From NCBI GenBank assembly GCA_964106645.2, contig OZ067041.1: a DNA stretch of 64,000 bases, one strand, 5' to 3'. Numbering within the stretch: position 1 is the stretch's first letter; each line of letters starts with the position of its first letter. This document shows, one piece after another, positions 1-11,422 of this stretch. Made by a program: the position numbers and the translations under genes. The stretch is from Podarcis pityusensis (lineage: Eukaryota). Under the pieces are notes generated by a model. It saw nothing but the letters and a program-made list of their open reading frames with translations. It made no database searches and was not told where the DNA came from.

Positions 1-164
1 CAACGGTGGTGGACAAGCATCTCTGAAAGGCAGCTTAACCTCTCCCATTGCTTCCTGCAGAAAGTGCGGCTGGGGCAGGCTTTTTGAACTCTGAATTCAT
101 GTACAATAGCAGTACAACGACCACTCAAGACAGTGCACCATATGAACTGAGTCTGCAACATATA

Positions 165-423
165 CCGTATTTTTTGCTCTATAAGACTCACTTTTTCCCT
201 CCTAAAAAGTAAGGGGAAATGTGTGTGCGTCTTATGGAGCGAATGCAGGCTGCGCGTCTATCCCAGAAGCCAGAACAGCAAGAGGGATCGCTGCTTTCAC
301 TGCGCAGCAATCCCTCTTGCTGTTCTGGCTTCTAAGATTCAGAATTTTTTTTTTCTTGTTTTCCTCCTCCAAAAACTAGGTGCGTCTTGTGGTCTGGTGC
401 GTCTTATAGAGCGAAAAATACGG
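165..423. mobile_element. Tc1/mariner-superfamily (Tc2/pogo-like) MITE
   Basis: TIRs CCGTATTTTTTGCTCTATAAGAC / GTCTTATAGAGCGAAAAATACGG, TA on both sides, no transposase. Confidence 0.85.
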
Positions 424-650
424 TAATATGCCCCAGAATTCTTCACAAACTTCTAGAAAGCTAATGCAGCTAACATCAGGATTCCTTTTAGCCAGATGAG
501 TCACTATGGAAAAGGATTAAAATAGCGTCCACCTCCCAACCCTTTCTACCTTCAAGAATCTCTGTGTTTTCTTGTCTGCACCATTGAACATCTTCCATGG
601 AATTCCAGCATCTTGCAGAGGATTCTGGGAATGAAGACCAGCATTCTATA

Positions 651-1812
651 TGTTGCAATGTTCAGTTACTGACTCCCTCTTTGTCCTAGGCAGCCCCAAC
701 AGAGGAAGGCACACATCTGATGGTCAATTCTTTGTTGAGAACAGGACGTACTTGGCAGCAACTCCCACGATGCCCTGGATACACATGCTGTCCCCAGGTC
801 TGCACCCTGCGGAGCAGTTGCAACAACAGTGGGAGTGTGCCACCCCCCCCAGCTTACGAGTGTCATGGGCCAGGGGTCGGCTTTACCTGCTGAGCAGCAG
901 CCTGAAGGAGCAGAAAGCGAAGTGACTCCACCTGCTGCTGATCAGCCTTCTTGCTCCTGATGAGAACCAGCTTTTTAAAGTAGGGTTTCCAGCCTCAGTC
1001 AGTTGCTAGAAACACCATTCGTCGTTCCTGACCAGACCTTGCTGCTTCTTGCTTCTTGCGACCTCGGCGTGCACAATCTCAGGCTTCTCCTACATGGAAG
1101 TTGTCACTGCTCTTGCCTCTTTCAACCCCTCTTGGTTCTGGGAGACATTGTGGTGGGAGATGGCAGGTATTTGACTAGCCAGTCCCTCTCTGGAACAGCC
1201 TCTTCCTCCGACACACCCTGAATGCCCACCTTTGCCTCTGAGAGCTCTGATCATTCCTCCGCCCCCTTCCCACCCTGGCTCCTGCCTCGCAGGTGGTGCC
1301 TGTTGGGATTTTGACTACGGGCCATTCTGTGCAGCTTCACACAGAGTCAATTAAGAGTTGGCCGAAAGCCAAGAAGACTGAGCAGAGAGGAGTTATTCTG
1401 CCTGGAGATATGAGACCTTGGATACAGCTCTACCATTGGTTGAGGTTTCACACAGGCATGATGACTTATGACCTTACTGACTGGAGTGTGTGTTGGTCAG
1501 TGTGGTGTTCTGAGAGTCGTCTGGAGTTTGTTAAGAGACAGCTAGTTAAGATCCGTATCTGTTCTTGTATATAGTAACTTGTAGAGTCTGCTGTAAATAA
1601 TAAACATCTCTAAGTAACCAAGTTACTAGTAGCAGCATCTTGTTCCTGCTTCGTCCGTCCTGCCTGCAACTGATTGCTTTCTGGAACTCTGCGTATGCTC
1701 TGCTAAGGTCTGGCTAAGGTCCTGCAACAGGTCAAAGTTGCGAAACACTGATAACCCCCCAAATCACTAGCCCCCTCTGCTGGGTCAGTCCCCTAGTGTC
1801 CTACCTCTGACA
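651..1812 (-). mobile_element. Nested cluster of degenerate solo-LTR-like sequences (Gypsy-like): outer element on -, probable + strand inserts at ~861-1075 and 1301-1729
   Basis: TG..CA ends (TGTTGCA 651; TGTCATGG 861; TGTTGGG 1301..TGCAACA 1729; TGACA 1812), AATAAA near 1598, decayed acidic/Arg-rich frame on -. No clean TSDs, boundaries approximate. Confidence 0.5.
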
Positions 1813-4075
1813 CACTTGCAGCAAGGCCCTTTCACATGCTTTGGAAGCGAACGGGGGCTGCCATAGCTTTGGTGCCCAAGCAAATGTTTAAAAGATAGTG
1901 GCATACAGAGGATCATGAATTTGGGGTACTGGTCCTTACACATGCAGCACACAGATTTATTTTGGCTGTTCATACACACACAGCCAAATTGGCCACAGAT
2001 ATTACTGTGCTATTGTGTTCGTTTCTCTCCCCCAGGAACTGACTCTTTCCCCCTCATTATGCTTTATTGATAATAACCAGCAACTTTCAAGTACGAATGT
2101 GTCAGTTGTCATTTAATTTCCCCGTTCTTCCGTTTGGAAGAAATGGACTGGAAAAAAGCTGCCCCAGCAAGAATCCTCTGTGAACTTTGGAACATACTTA
2201 GTAACATATTAATGTGGGGAAAAGGAAGAGTTTGTATATTCTGGAGTTCATTGTAGCTGCTGAAATTGTAAGCTGTGGAGTCCACAGTTCAGATCTCATC
2301 TTTGCCAAGAGCCAAATCTTTAGGCAGCCTTACGGGCAAACTATGATACATTACATGCCTTTGAGGTATCTGCCTTCCAACATGTTCCAAAGTGATGGCA
2401 GTGGGACGCAATTAGCATTGGGTGAACCTTGTCCAATATCGGCGCCAACAGCAGGTTAATTTTTGTCAGACATTAGCATGGCGGGGGATAGATTGATCAC
2501 CCCTCCCAGTGCCCTGTGGCTCCAGACCTGATTGGTTCCCCATGTGGGTGCCATTTCCAAAAACAAAAATGTATGTTAAATGCGATGGCACCTTAAATGT
2601 AACATGTTGCTCGGCTGTTAGGCACAATAGTCTTCTCTTAGACATTATTTCTCAATCTGCAGTCTATTGCTGATCTTTCTTACTAGTTGCAGTCATGTGC
2701 AAACATCATTGGCCATTTATACAATGGATGAGATTGTGCAGAGCACATCATAAACAAAGAACTGCCCTGAACCTTCTTAAATGTTGCATAAATGCTCGAG
2801 GATATTTTTATGCATGCGTGTAGCGAGTGTCCAGATTCTGGTGGCTGTTGACAGTCCCACATGATTACTGACAACCCCAGTTTAATTTCATATATGTTCA
2901 AAACAGATCCATGCATTTCCATGTTTTTTAAAGACATGTAATAAGAATGGCTGTCAATCGGATTAAGGTTTGTGAATGTGTTGCCGAATTTTCGTACATT
3001 CATAAAACAGGTCAGGGCCTATTGACCTGCACAGCGCACCTAAATGTCCGACGTTTGCTTTAACAATCTTACGAGTGCCTGTTTTATTTAATAAAATTTA
3101 GATGCCTCAAAATGGTTTACCTGCACACACACACACGTGCTGTGTCTCCATTGCAATATTGGACACTGACCAATCTGGGATTTTAGAATAATCTCTTGAT
3201 CTCTTCCTCTGTTCCCAAGTATGCAGAATCTTCCAACTGCAGTTCTCTAATAAGCTGTCAGGCCAGAAGATGAATATAAGCCAAGGGTTTTTTTTTTTAT
3301 CAGGAAGGAAGCTCTGCTGACGGAGCCGTACTTCTATTTAACACTTAATTACGAAGCAGGGCACAAAGACAAAAGCCTTTGAGATGGTTGCCATTAGAAA
3401 CTGAGCCACCGTTCTTAGGGCTCTGGTCACTCTGCACTTCCCCACCTGCTCTCCTCTCTTCACCCTGCCGACTCACCCCCTCCTCTCCTTTAATTGACTG
3501 ACCTTGCCTTGCCCGGGCGAGCTGAACTTGGTGGTTCTGCTGTTTTCCATCGCTGCTAAGCTGAGCCACTGAAAGCAGAAGCTGGTAAAGGCTGGTGCCA
3601 GGTTTACAAAGAAGGAATTCCCCCCTTCCCGCTAAAGGAGGAGTCTTTGCAAATATGGATCTATGTAAAGAAAGGGCTGAGTGGGTGTACATGCGAATGC
3701 ATGCGCCCTCTCCTGCAGAATTGCATACGGACATTTCCATTTACTCGAGGCAACTGTGGAAAGAAAGCTCTGTTGACCTATTTTGCCACCCAGCAAGGGA
3801 GGTGTCCGCATTAATCAGGAACCAGCTGACCATTTTCACTGCTAATCTCACATAGCCAACATGCTTCTACTTTCAAAGGGAAAGCCATAATTTGTTTGCT
3901 TGTTTTCTACTTACCATAATTTCCAGAAACATACTGGATTTAGCAATGTGGCATTTTATTAAATCAGTGGTTTTCAAATTGTTCTCCAGAGTTCTTGGAA
4001 GTTTGTATTGGGCTGAATGACAGTTTACCCACCACTATCAATCAGCCCCATTCACTGCAGAGGATTGGTGTCAAT

Positions 4076-4076
<1 letters not shown>

Positions 4077-4118
<42 letters not shown>
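4077..4118. repeat. (TTA)n microsatellite at the tail of an old L2-like 3' fragment (to ~4370)
   Basis: Direct read of the repeat; adjacent sequence resembles fragments at 9185-9320, 13770-13885 and 15080-15470. Confidence 0.8.
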
Positions 4119-4120
<2 letters not shown>

Positions 4121-4498
4121 TTTATTTCTTGTATGCCATTGCAGCTTCCAATGAAATATAAGGAATACAACAACACATCAAATATTAAAAGGTTTCTGAA
4201 ACAGGGCTGCCTTCAGATGTCTTCTCAAAGTTGTATAGTTATTTATCTCCTTAACATCTGATTATTATTATTTAAATTTGTATACTGCCCTATACCTGCA
4301 GGTCTCAGGGCAGTTCACAATATAAAATCACAATATAAAACACAAAATACATAATCGAAACAAAAACGACTGAATAATCCCCTTTAGTTCACATCACTGC
4401 ACCGCTCAACTCCCAGCTCTCGCTTTGTCCTTCTAACCATTCATGAGTTGAGGGCCCCACCCCTTTGCCATCTCACCTAGAGCCCCTTTCCTAAATGG

Positions 4499-5136
4499 TG
4501 TCAGGGACCGTGCTGAGGAGGGCTGCACTGAGGAGGAATGGAGGGAGCCTTCCCTGGCTCTTGATCAGGATCCTGAATCTTCCCAGGAGCAGGAGGACAG
4601 TATAGATTTGGAACAGTGGTTTGCAGAGGGACATAGTTCAGAAGGCAGAAGCTGGGAAGTCCTGGGTGGTGAACAGCTAGGAGAAGAAGAACTGGGAAAG
4701 AGAGTTGACAGACTCACTGTCACTGGAAAGCATTCATCCACTCAGCCCAAGGTCAAGAAGAGCTGATAAGGTGGCAGCACAGAAAGCGCAGTGGTTATGA
4801 GCTCAGGTTACAAGACGCAGTAGTGATGTGGGTGACTAGGGAGGAAGTGGGTGCAACCCTTAATTGGGAGCACCACCATTCCTAGGAAATTGATTCTTCT
4901 CTTGCTGTGATCACTAAAGTTTCTAACTGGTAAGAAGACTCCTTTTCCTTTGTTATGCTTATCTACTGTCAAAGGGGGGAAGGAAGTTGATTCCCTGAAG
5001 CCTGACAAATGGCCCATCACCCAGGCGATCACCTCATCAGGAAGCTAGCCTCGCTTATATTTTAACACTTGCTGGAGCCAAGAGTTAGACAGGTTTGGGC
5101 ATAAAGCCTACTTCCACCCACTGCAGACTCATAACA
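4499..5136 (+). mobile_element. Solo LTR (Gypsy-like)
   Basis: Begins TGTCAGG, ends CATAACA, ~640 bp, purine-rich U3 with an 88-codon open frame from base 2; TSD not preserved. Confidence 0.6.
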
Positions 5137-6352
5137 ATACTGTCCCCTTTCTCTTCCTGAACTGAGTTGCTGTTCACAGCCACAGCAGATCCATCTGAAG
5201 GCTGAGAGGGATATACTTCAGGCAGAGGAGAGGCAAAACATGTTTTATGGACAGGGCAATGCTTTAGACAAATTCAGGTGTCCTCATCACTCTGCGACAA
5301 CGGCTGTCAAGTCTGAAACTGCTCTCTCATAAGCAACTTAAGACTGTAAGAAAGAGCTTTAACAGGGGAGAGAGGTTGAGTAAATTCTCCTTTGAGGCAG
5401 CAGCAGCATTAGGATAGCAGCCGTCACCTGTGGATGGTTGGAGCCCTGGAAAGGGGAAAGGTTAATCTAAAAGTTAAATAGCAGAGAAATTGAAGGCAAG
5501 GAAAAGCCTGAAAAGTCGTTCTTCTCTCACCCTTACAGCTTATCTTCGTCAGATGGAGTAACTCTCCCTCGTCTCCTGTGGACCATAGTGGGTTTCTTAA
5601 TCCATCTTGATGCAAAATATAATCCTTTCAATTAGACTTTCCCTAACCCTAATGCAATGGGCCATTAAAATCTGAAGAGCTCTCCAGCCTGTTTTTCTTA
5701 TAACAAACATCCACCATCTTTGGCGTCAATCCTCTATACTGTATGTTGAATAGATTCTGTAAACAAAGGTCCTTTCTGCCATTTTAATATAGCCCTCATT
5801 TTCTGGGTGAAGACATGTTTGGAATAGATAGCTTCAGTCCACCCCCCTGTGTGAATACTGTATAAATGGAGGGGAATAATTTAAATCAGTACGGTATTTC
5901 GTTCTTGGCACTGGATCAGGTATCTTAATGCCCATAGAACATGCTCCACCAATCTTTCTCCGGCTCAGGCAGACTCATGGAGTTCCCAGTTGTGCCCAAC
6001 TCAGGGACTGGTTTTTCTAGAAGAAACCTTTTCTGTGGGGAGAAACATGGTCAGCCATACCTGGTTCATGGGCCTTAGATTTCCAATTCCCATGTTTTCA
6101 AATTGTGATTAGGTTTATACAACTTTGTGCATGTAAACCACAGCTTCCTTTTCACCTCAGGAGCCAGAAACAAATAACAGAATGGAAGAAGCAAAGCAAA
6201 GCACAGTGACAAATAGATACAGCATTATGAAATATATATGGACATTAAAATATATCAGCTTGGACACTACGGTACAGGACTTTCCAATGGCAACCATTTT
6301 GGGGTTTGCGAGCGGTATTGGAATGAATATTGGAGGTTTGTCCTTCTAAGCA

Positions 6353-7432
6353 GTGGATGTAGCCTACCTTGATTTCAGCAAGGCATTTGACAAGGTGCCC
6401 CATGATATTCTTGTAAAGAAGCTGGTAAAATGCGGTCTTGACTATGCTACCACTCAGTGGATTTGTAACTGGCTGACTGACCGAACCCAAAGGGTGCTCA
6501 TCAATGGTTCCTCTTCATCCTGGAGAAGAGTGACTAGTGGGGTGCCACAGGGTTCTGTCTTGGGCCCGGTCTTATTCAACATCTTTATCAACGACTTGGA
6601 TGATGGACTCAAGGGCATCCTGATCAAATTTGCAGATGACACCAAACTGGGAGGGGTGGCTAACACCCCAGAGGACAGGATCACACTTCAAAACGACCTT
6701 GACAGATTAGAGAACTGGGCCAAAACAAACAAGATGAATTTTAACAGGGAGAAATGTAAAGTATTGCACTTGGGCAAAAAAAATGAGAGGCACAAATACA
6801 AGATGGGGGACACCTGGCTTGAGAGCAGTACATGTGAAAAGGATCTAGGAGTCTTGGTTGACCACAAACTTGACATGAGCCAACAGTGTGACGCGGCAGC
6901 TAAAAAAGCCAATGCAATTCTGGGCTGCATCAATAGGAGTATAGCATCTAGATCAAGGGAAGTAATAGTGCCACTGTATTCTGCTCTGGTCAGACCTCAC
7001 CTGGAGTACTGTGTCCAGTTCTGGGCACCACAGTTCAAGAAGGACACTGACAAACTGGAACGTGTCCAGAGGAGGGCAACCAAAATGGTCAAAGGCCTGG
7101 AAACGATGCCTTATGAGGAACGGCTAAGGGAGCTGGGCATGTTTAGCCTGGAGAAGAGGAGGTTAAGGGGTGATATGATAGCCATCTTCAAATATATAAA
7201 AGGATGTCACATAGAGGAGGGAGAAAGGTTGTTTTCTGCTGCTCCAGAGAAGCGGACACGGAGCAATGGATCCAAACTACAAGAAAGAAGATTCCACCTA
7301 AACATTAGGAAGAACTTCCTGACAGTAAGAGCTGTTCGACAGTGGAATTTGCTGCCAAGAAGTGTGGTGGAGTCTCCTTCTTTGGAGGTCTTTAAGCAGA
7401 GGCTTGACAACCATATGTCAGGAGTGCTCTGA
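6353..7432 (+). CDS. CR1 ORF2 C-terminal part (reverse transcriptase); N-terminally truncated with no true start
   Basis: 359 codons without stop; [42 protein letters not shown] motifs. Confidence 0.9.
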   Translation: MDVAYLDFSKAFDKVPHDILVKKLVKCGLDYATTQWICNWLTDRTQRVLINGSSSSWRRVTSGVPQGSVLGPVLFNIFINDLDDGLKGILIKFADDTKLGGVANTPEDRITLQNDLDRLENWAKTNKMNFNREKCKVLHLGKKNERHKYKMGDTWLESSTCEKDLGVLVDHKLDMSQQCDAAAKKANAILGCINRSIASRSREVIVPLYSALVRPHLEYCVQFWAPQFKKDTDKLERVQRRATKMVKGLETMPYEERLRELGMFSLEKRRLRGDMIAIFKYIKGCHIEEGERLFSAAPEKRTRSNGSKLQERRFHLNIRKNFLTVRAVRQWNLLPRSVVESPSLEVFKQRLDNHMSGVL

Positions 7433-7520
7433 TGGTGTTTCCTGCTTGGCAGGGGGTTGGACTCGATGGCCCTTGTGGTCTCTTCCAGCTCTATGATTCT
7501 ATGATTCTATGATTCTATGA
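6353..7520 (+). mobile_element. CR1 LINE, 5'-truncated, very young
   Basis: RT ORF, CR1 3' UTR (GGGGGTTGGACTCGATGGCC), (TTCTATGA)n tail, TTCTAAGCA duplicated at 6344-6352 and 7521-7529. Confidence 0.97.
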
Positions 7521-8635
7521 TTCTAAGCAAATTCCTGAGTCATCTCTCTGGTTTGAACTATTAGAATTATTTGGGCATCTGCTAACCTTATTCTAGTCAC
7601 TGATCTTCCTATTTGTTGTTCTACAAGAGCGCTTGCATACTTGATCCTCTGCTACTGATCCGCTTCTTCAGGATAAAGCTTTCTGGATTTCAGACATACA
7701 GCTCATCTCAAGTATTGACTACCTCTTGAACTGGAGGCCCTGACCAAATTATCATCTTAACTGACCCCTTCCACACAAGAGCAAGGCTTCATCATAAGCT
7801 TAAGATGGTGGCCCAAGTGACTCCCTTCCCCAAAAGTCGACAATGGACAAATGGCTACCAATTATTCTGCTGATGCCAAGATATCTGGGAGAGCTCTCAC
7901 AAGCACAGCAGTTTGTGTTATTGCATTTGTGTTTCTTTAAGACACCATTGAGCCCTCAGACATCTGATTATGTCAGTAGTTGGGAAGTTGACAGAAAAGT
8001 AATGAAGCTTGCAAAGGTTAATTTGTGGAGGCAAAATCTTGTCAGGAAGCAGCAGTACAGAGCAATATTTTCTAATCTGTGAGACTTATGTTCTCAGATG
8101 GTGGAGCTAAAGTGAGGAAAAGGGGAAATTAAGCAAAAAGGCTTTGGGTTAAATTTGTTGTGGGAGATTTAGCCCAGGTTTTGAATGGATGTGTATAGGA
8201 GTCTGAGACTTCTTAAGAGATTGTTGAGCAAGTGAAATTCCTGGATATGTACCTGGAATTTGTCAAAAAATCAGATGAAAAATTATAATTTGAATATAAT
8301 GTGGAGAGTCAAATAGATAAAACAACATCTGTCCCTTGATGGACTCAGGTTGGTGTTTGAAACCCCTAATAAGTGTGAGTGTGTGTGAATTCAACAGTGC
8401 TTAGTTTGATTTTGGTTGTTAGTTTGTTGGTGATGTTAATATTGTTTTGTGGATTATGAATGCTGTAAGGCTTTGTGAAGTTTGTAATACAACTTTTCTT
8501 GTGGTTGCGCTGTTTACCCTATTTTTAAGTTGTTCCGTTAATAGTGCTTTATAGAAGGTGGCTGTTTTACAGATGACTTGTTAATTATTTTATATGATTT
8601 ATGTTGTAATTGTGATGTTCTACTATGTTATTATA

Positions 8636-8999
8636 GGGACACGGGTGGTGCTGTGGTCTAAACCACTGAGCCTAGGGCTTGCCGATCAGAAGGTCAGCGG
8701 TTTGAATCCCCGCGACGGGGTGAGCTCCCGTTGCTCGGTCCCTGCTCCTGCCAACCTAGCAATTCAAAAACACGTCAAAGTGCAAGTAGATATATAGGTA
8801 CCACTTCGGCAGAAAGGTAAACAGCGTTTCTGTGCGCTGCTCTGGTTCGCCAGAAGTGGCTTAGTCATGCTGGCCACATGACCCAGAAGCTATCTGTGGA
8901 CAAACACTGGCTCCCTTGGCCTATAAAGCAAGATGAGCGCCGCAACCCCAGAGTCTTCCACAACTGGACCTAACGGTCAGGGGTACCTTTACCTTTACC
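8636..8999 (+). mobile_element. Sauria SINE, full length
   Basis: GGGACACGGGTGGTGCTGTGG tRNA-like head, (ACCTTT)n tail, TSD CTATGTTATTA. Confidence 0.92.
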
Positions 9000-10078
9000 A
9001 TTGCTATGTTATTATTTATTGTATGTAAGCCACTTTGTGACTCATGTAAGTAAAAAGTGTCATAGAAATATAACAACAAGCTGTTTCTGGGGAGCCCCAA
9101 TGTTTCCCAGAACACAGTTTGAAAACTAGTATCCTACCTAAGGTTGGGGTAAACAATAGGGATTTCCTTGTGGAATGCCTTCACATCAGATGTCACGGTG
9201 ATCTTTAACTACACAACTTTTAGAAGACACCTGAAGACATCCTTATATCAGGAAGTTTTTAATGTTTGATGTTATATATGTGTTTGAAGCTGCCGAGAGT
9301 GTCTGGGGCAACCCAAGGGATGATAATAATGATGATGATGATGATGATGTAATTTAGCATTCAGTAAATGGTCTTCTGTATTCAGCTGTACAGAAGAGCT
9401 ATAGGTCAGTGGGAGTGCATCTGCTTCACATGCACAATGTTCTGGGTTCAATTCCTGCCATTTCCAATTAGGGTTGGGAGAGACTCCTGCCTGCCAGATG
9501 GATCACTGATTCAGGCAGTTTCCAGTGTTCTTTGTTCAGCCTCAATCCAGGTACGAACTAGAGATGGAGAGCCACTCAGCTGCCACGACTATTTAAATAA
9601 GCTCAGGCAGGTAACGATAAAAGAAATTCGGTTCCTAAAAAACACGGGCAAATTAGGCAAAGCCGAGACCTGTTAAGTCACACAATAATCCAAATGCCAA
9701 TACCATCGTAACAGTCGGGAAAGGAAATAAGATTAAAAGACACGATATCTCGCCAAAAGTGGGCAAGCGCTAAAGGAAATGGCTGCAGTAAAAAGCTCTG
9801 GGAGCCTCACAGCCCATAGGTGTGTGGATGATGGATGTTAATTCAATTCCGTATAACAAGGCTGTTCCAAAATGTTATTGGCCCAATAAATTCAGGGCAC
9901 TGCAGCATATTGCAGGCTATGGTGGCCATGCCAGAAACAAAAAAGGGAGTGAGGAATGCTATGCGAAGTGTCTTATTGTGCTGGTTTCCCTTCAGACTAG
10001 CCAGCCAACCATTTGTAACCCAGCAAAAGCTCATGGAAAGTTCATCTGACCAATATGGGTTGTTGTTGTTTTATATTA

Positions 10079-10304
10079 CAGTGGTACCTCGGGTTAAGAA
10101 CTTAATTCATTCTGGAGATCCATTCTTAACCTGAAACTGTTCTTAACCTGAGGTACCACTTTAGCTAATGGGGCCTCCTGCTGCTGCCGTGCCACTGCTG
10201 CACGATTTCTGTTCTCTTCCTGAAGCAAAGTTCTTAACCTGAGGTAATATTTCTGAGTTAGCAGAGTCTGTAACCTGAAGCGTCTGTAACCCAAGGTAGC
10301 ACTG
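10079..10304. mobile_element. Tigger/pogo-like MITE, family A copy 1
   Basis: TIR CAGTGGTACCTCGGGTTA, TA TSD; six related copies in the window. Confidence 0.9.
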
Positions 10305-11206
10305 TATTTCATGCATTCCTAAATTACACATACATACCCTTTAAACTAAGTGAAGGAAAAGGCAGTGGCAACAAAAAAAAAAAAAACAGATCCACTCAAA
10401 AGTAATGATTATGTATCTTCTCAAAGATGAGGATGTGTGGGCATATCCATGAGGAATGCCATTGCTCAAAGCAAATAAAATATGTGGGTTGGGAAAATAT
10501 ATCCCTGTGCCTGCTGCACTGACCCGGCAATCGTACCCTTCAACAGTACAGGCAGGCAGGATTGGGCTGGCTCCAGGTTTTTATGCGTTGTTGGACAGTT
10601 CAGTTATGAGTCCAAGGGCATACTATTTTCAGGTGGAATTCAAGCACATACTGGCAAATTCAGGTTGCACAATTACAGCTGATTTGGAGCTCCTCTGCAA
10701 CAACAACAGCCCACATCCCTCCCCCCACAGACTTTTTGTGACAAGGAAAGTGATGTGGAAAAGCCCTGGAAAGTATGAAATAGCATTTTCTTGATCATCT
10801 AAACTCCCTGCAAACATATCAGGATGGATGCTCAATAAACAGGTCTTCAGTGCTTTCCAAACGAAAATAAAGTTTTAGCGGAAATGCTTGATCAGTTTTC
10901 CTGACATGTTAACCTTTTTTATTGTCTTCAGTCACACCCCCAATGTAACCACAGCTTATGATCACTTAACGAAATTGTATGCTGATCGTTGTCATGGATA
11001 AGCCATTCCATGATTAAGGAGGAGCCAATACAGGTTATTAAAGTGATCTCTTGCCAGAACTATACTGGGAATTTCTAAAACCCATGGCCAATTGGATGAA
11101 TGAGCAGATATTAATTGTTTTGAACTGCATGCTTACACAGACACACAAATGCTGTATTTATGTTCATTTCAACTGCATTTGATTAGAATTTTGGTAATTA
11201 TATATA

Positions 11207-11422
11207 CAGTGGTACCTCGAGTTACAGACGCTTCAGGTTATAGACTCTGCTAACCCAGAAATAGTACCTCAGGTTAAGAACTTTGCTTCAGGATGAGAAC
11301 GGAAATTGCGCGGCGGCAGCAGGAGGCCCCATTAGCTAAAGTGATACCTCAGGTTAAGAATAGTTTCAGGTTAAGAACGGACCTCCAGAACGAATTTAAG
11401 TTCTTAACCCAAGGTATCACTG
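11207..11422. mobile_element. Tigger/pogo-like MITE, family A copy 2 (opposite orientation)
   Basis: Same TIRs, TA TSD. Confidence 0.9.
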
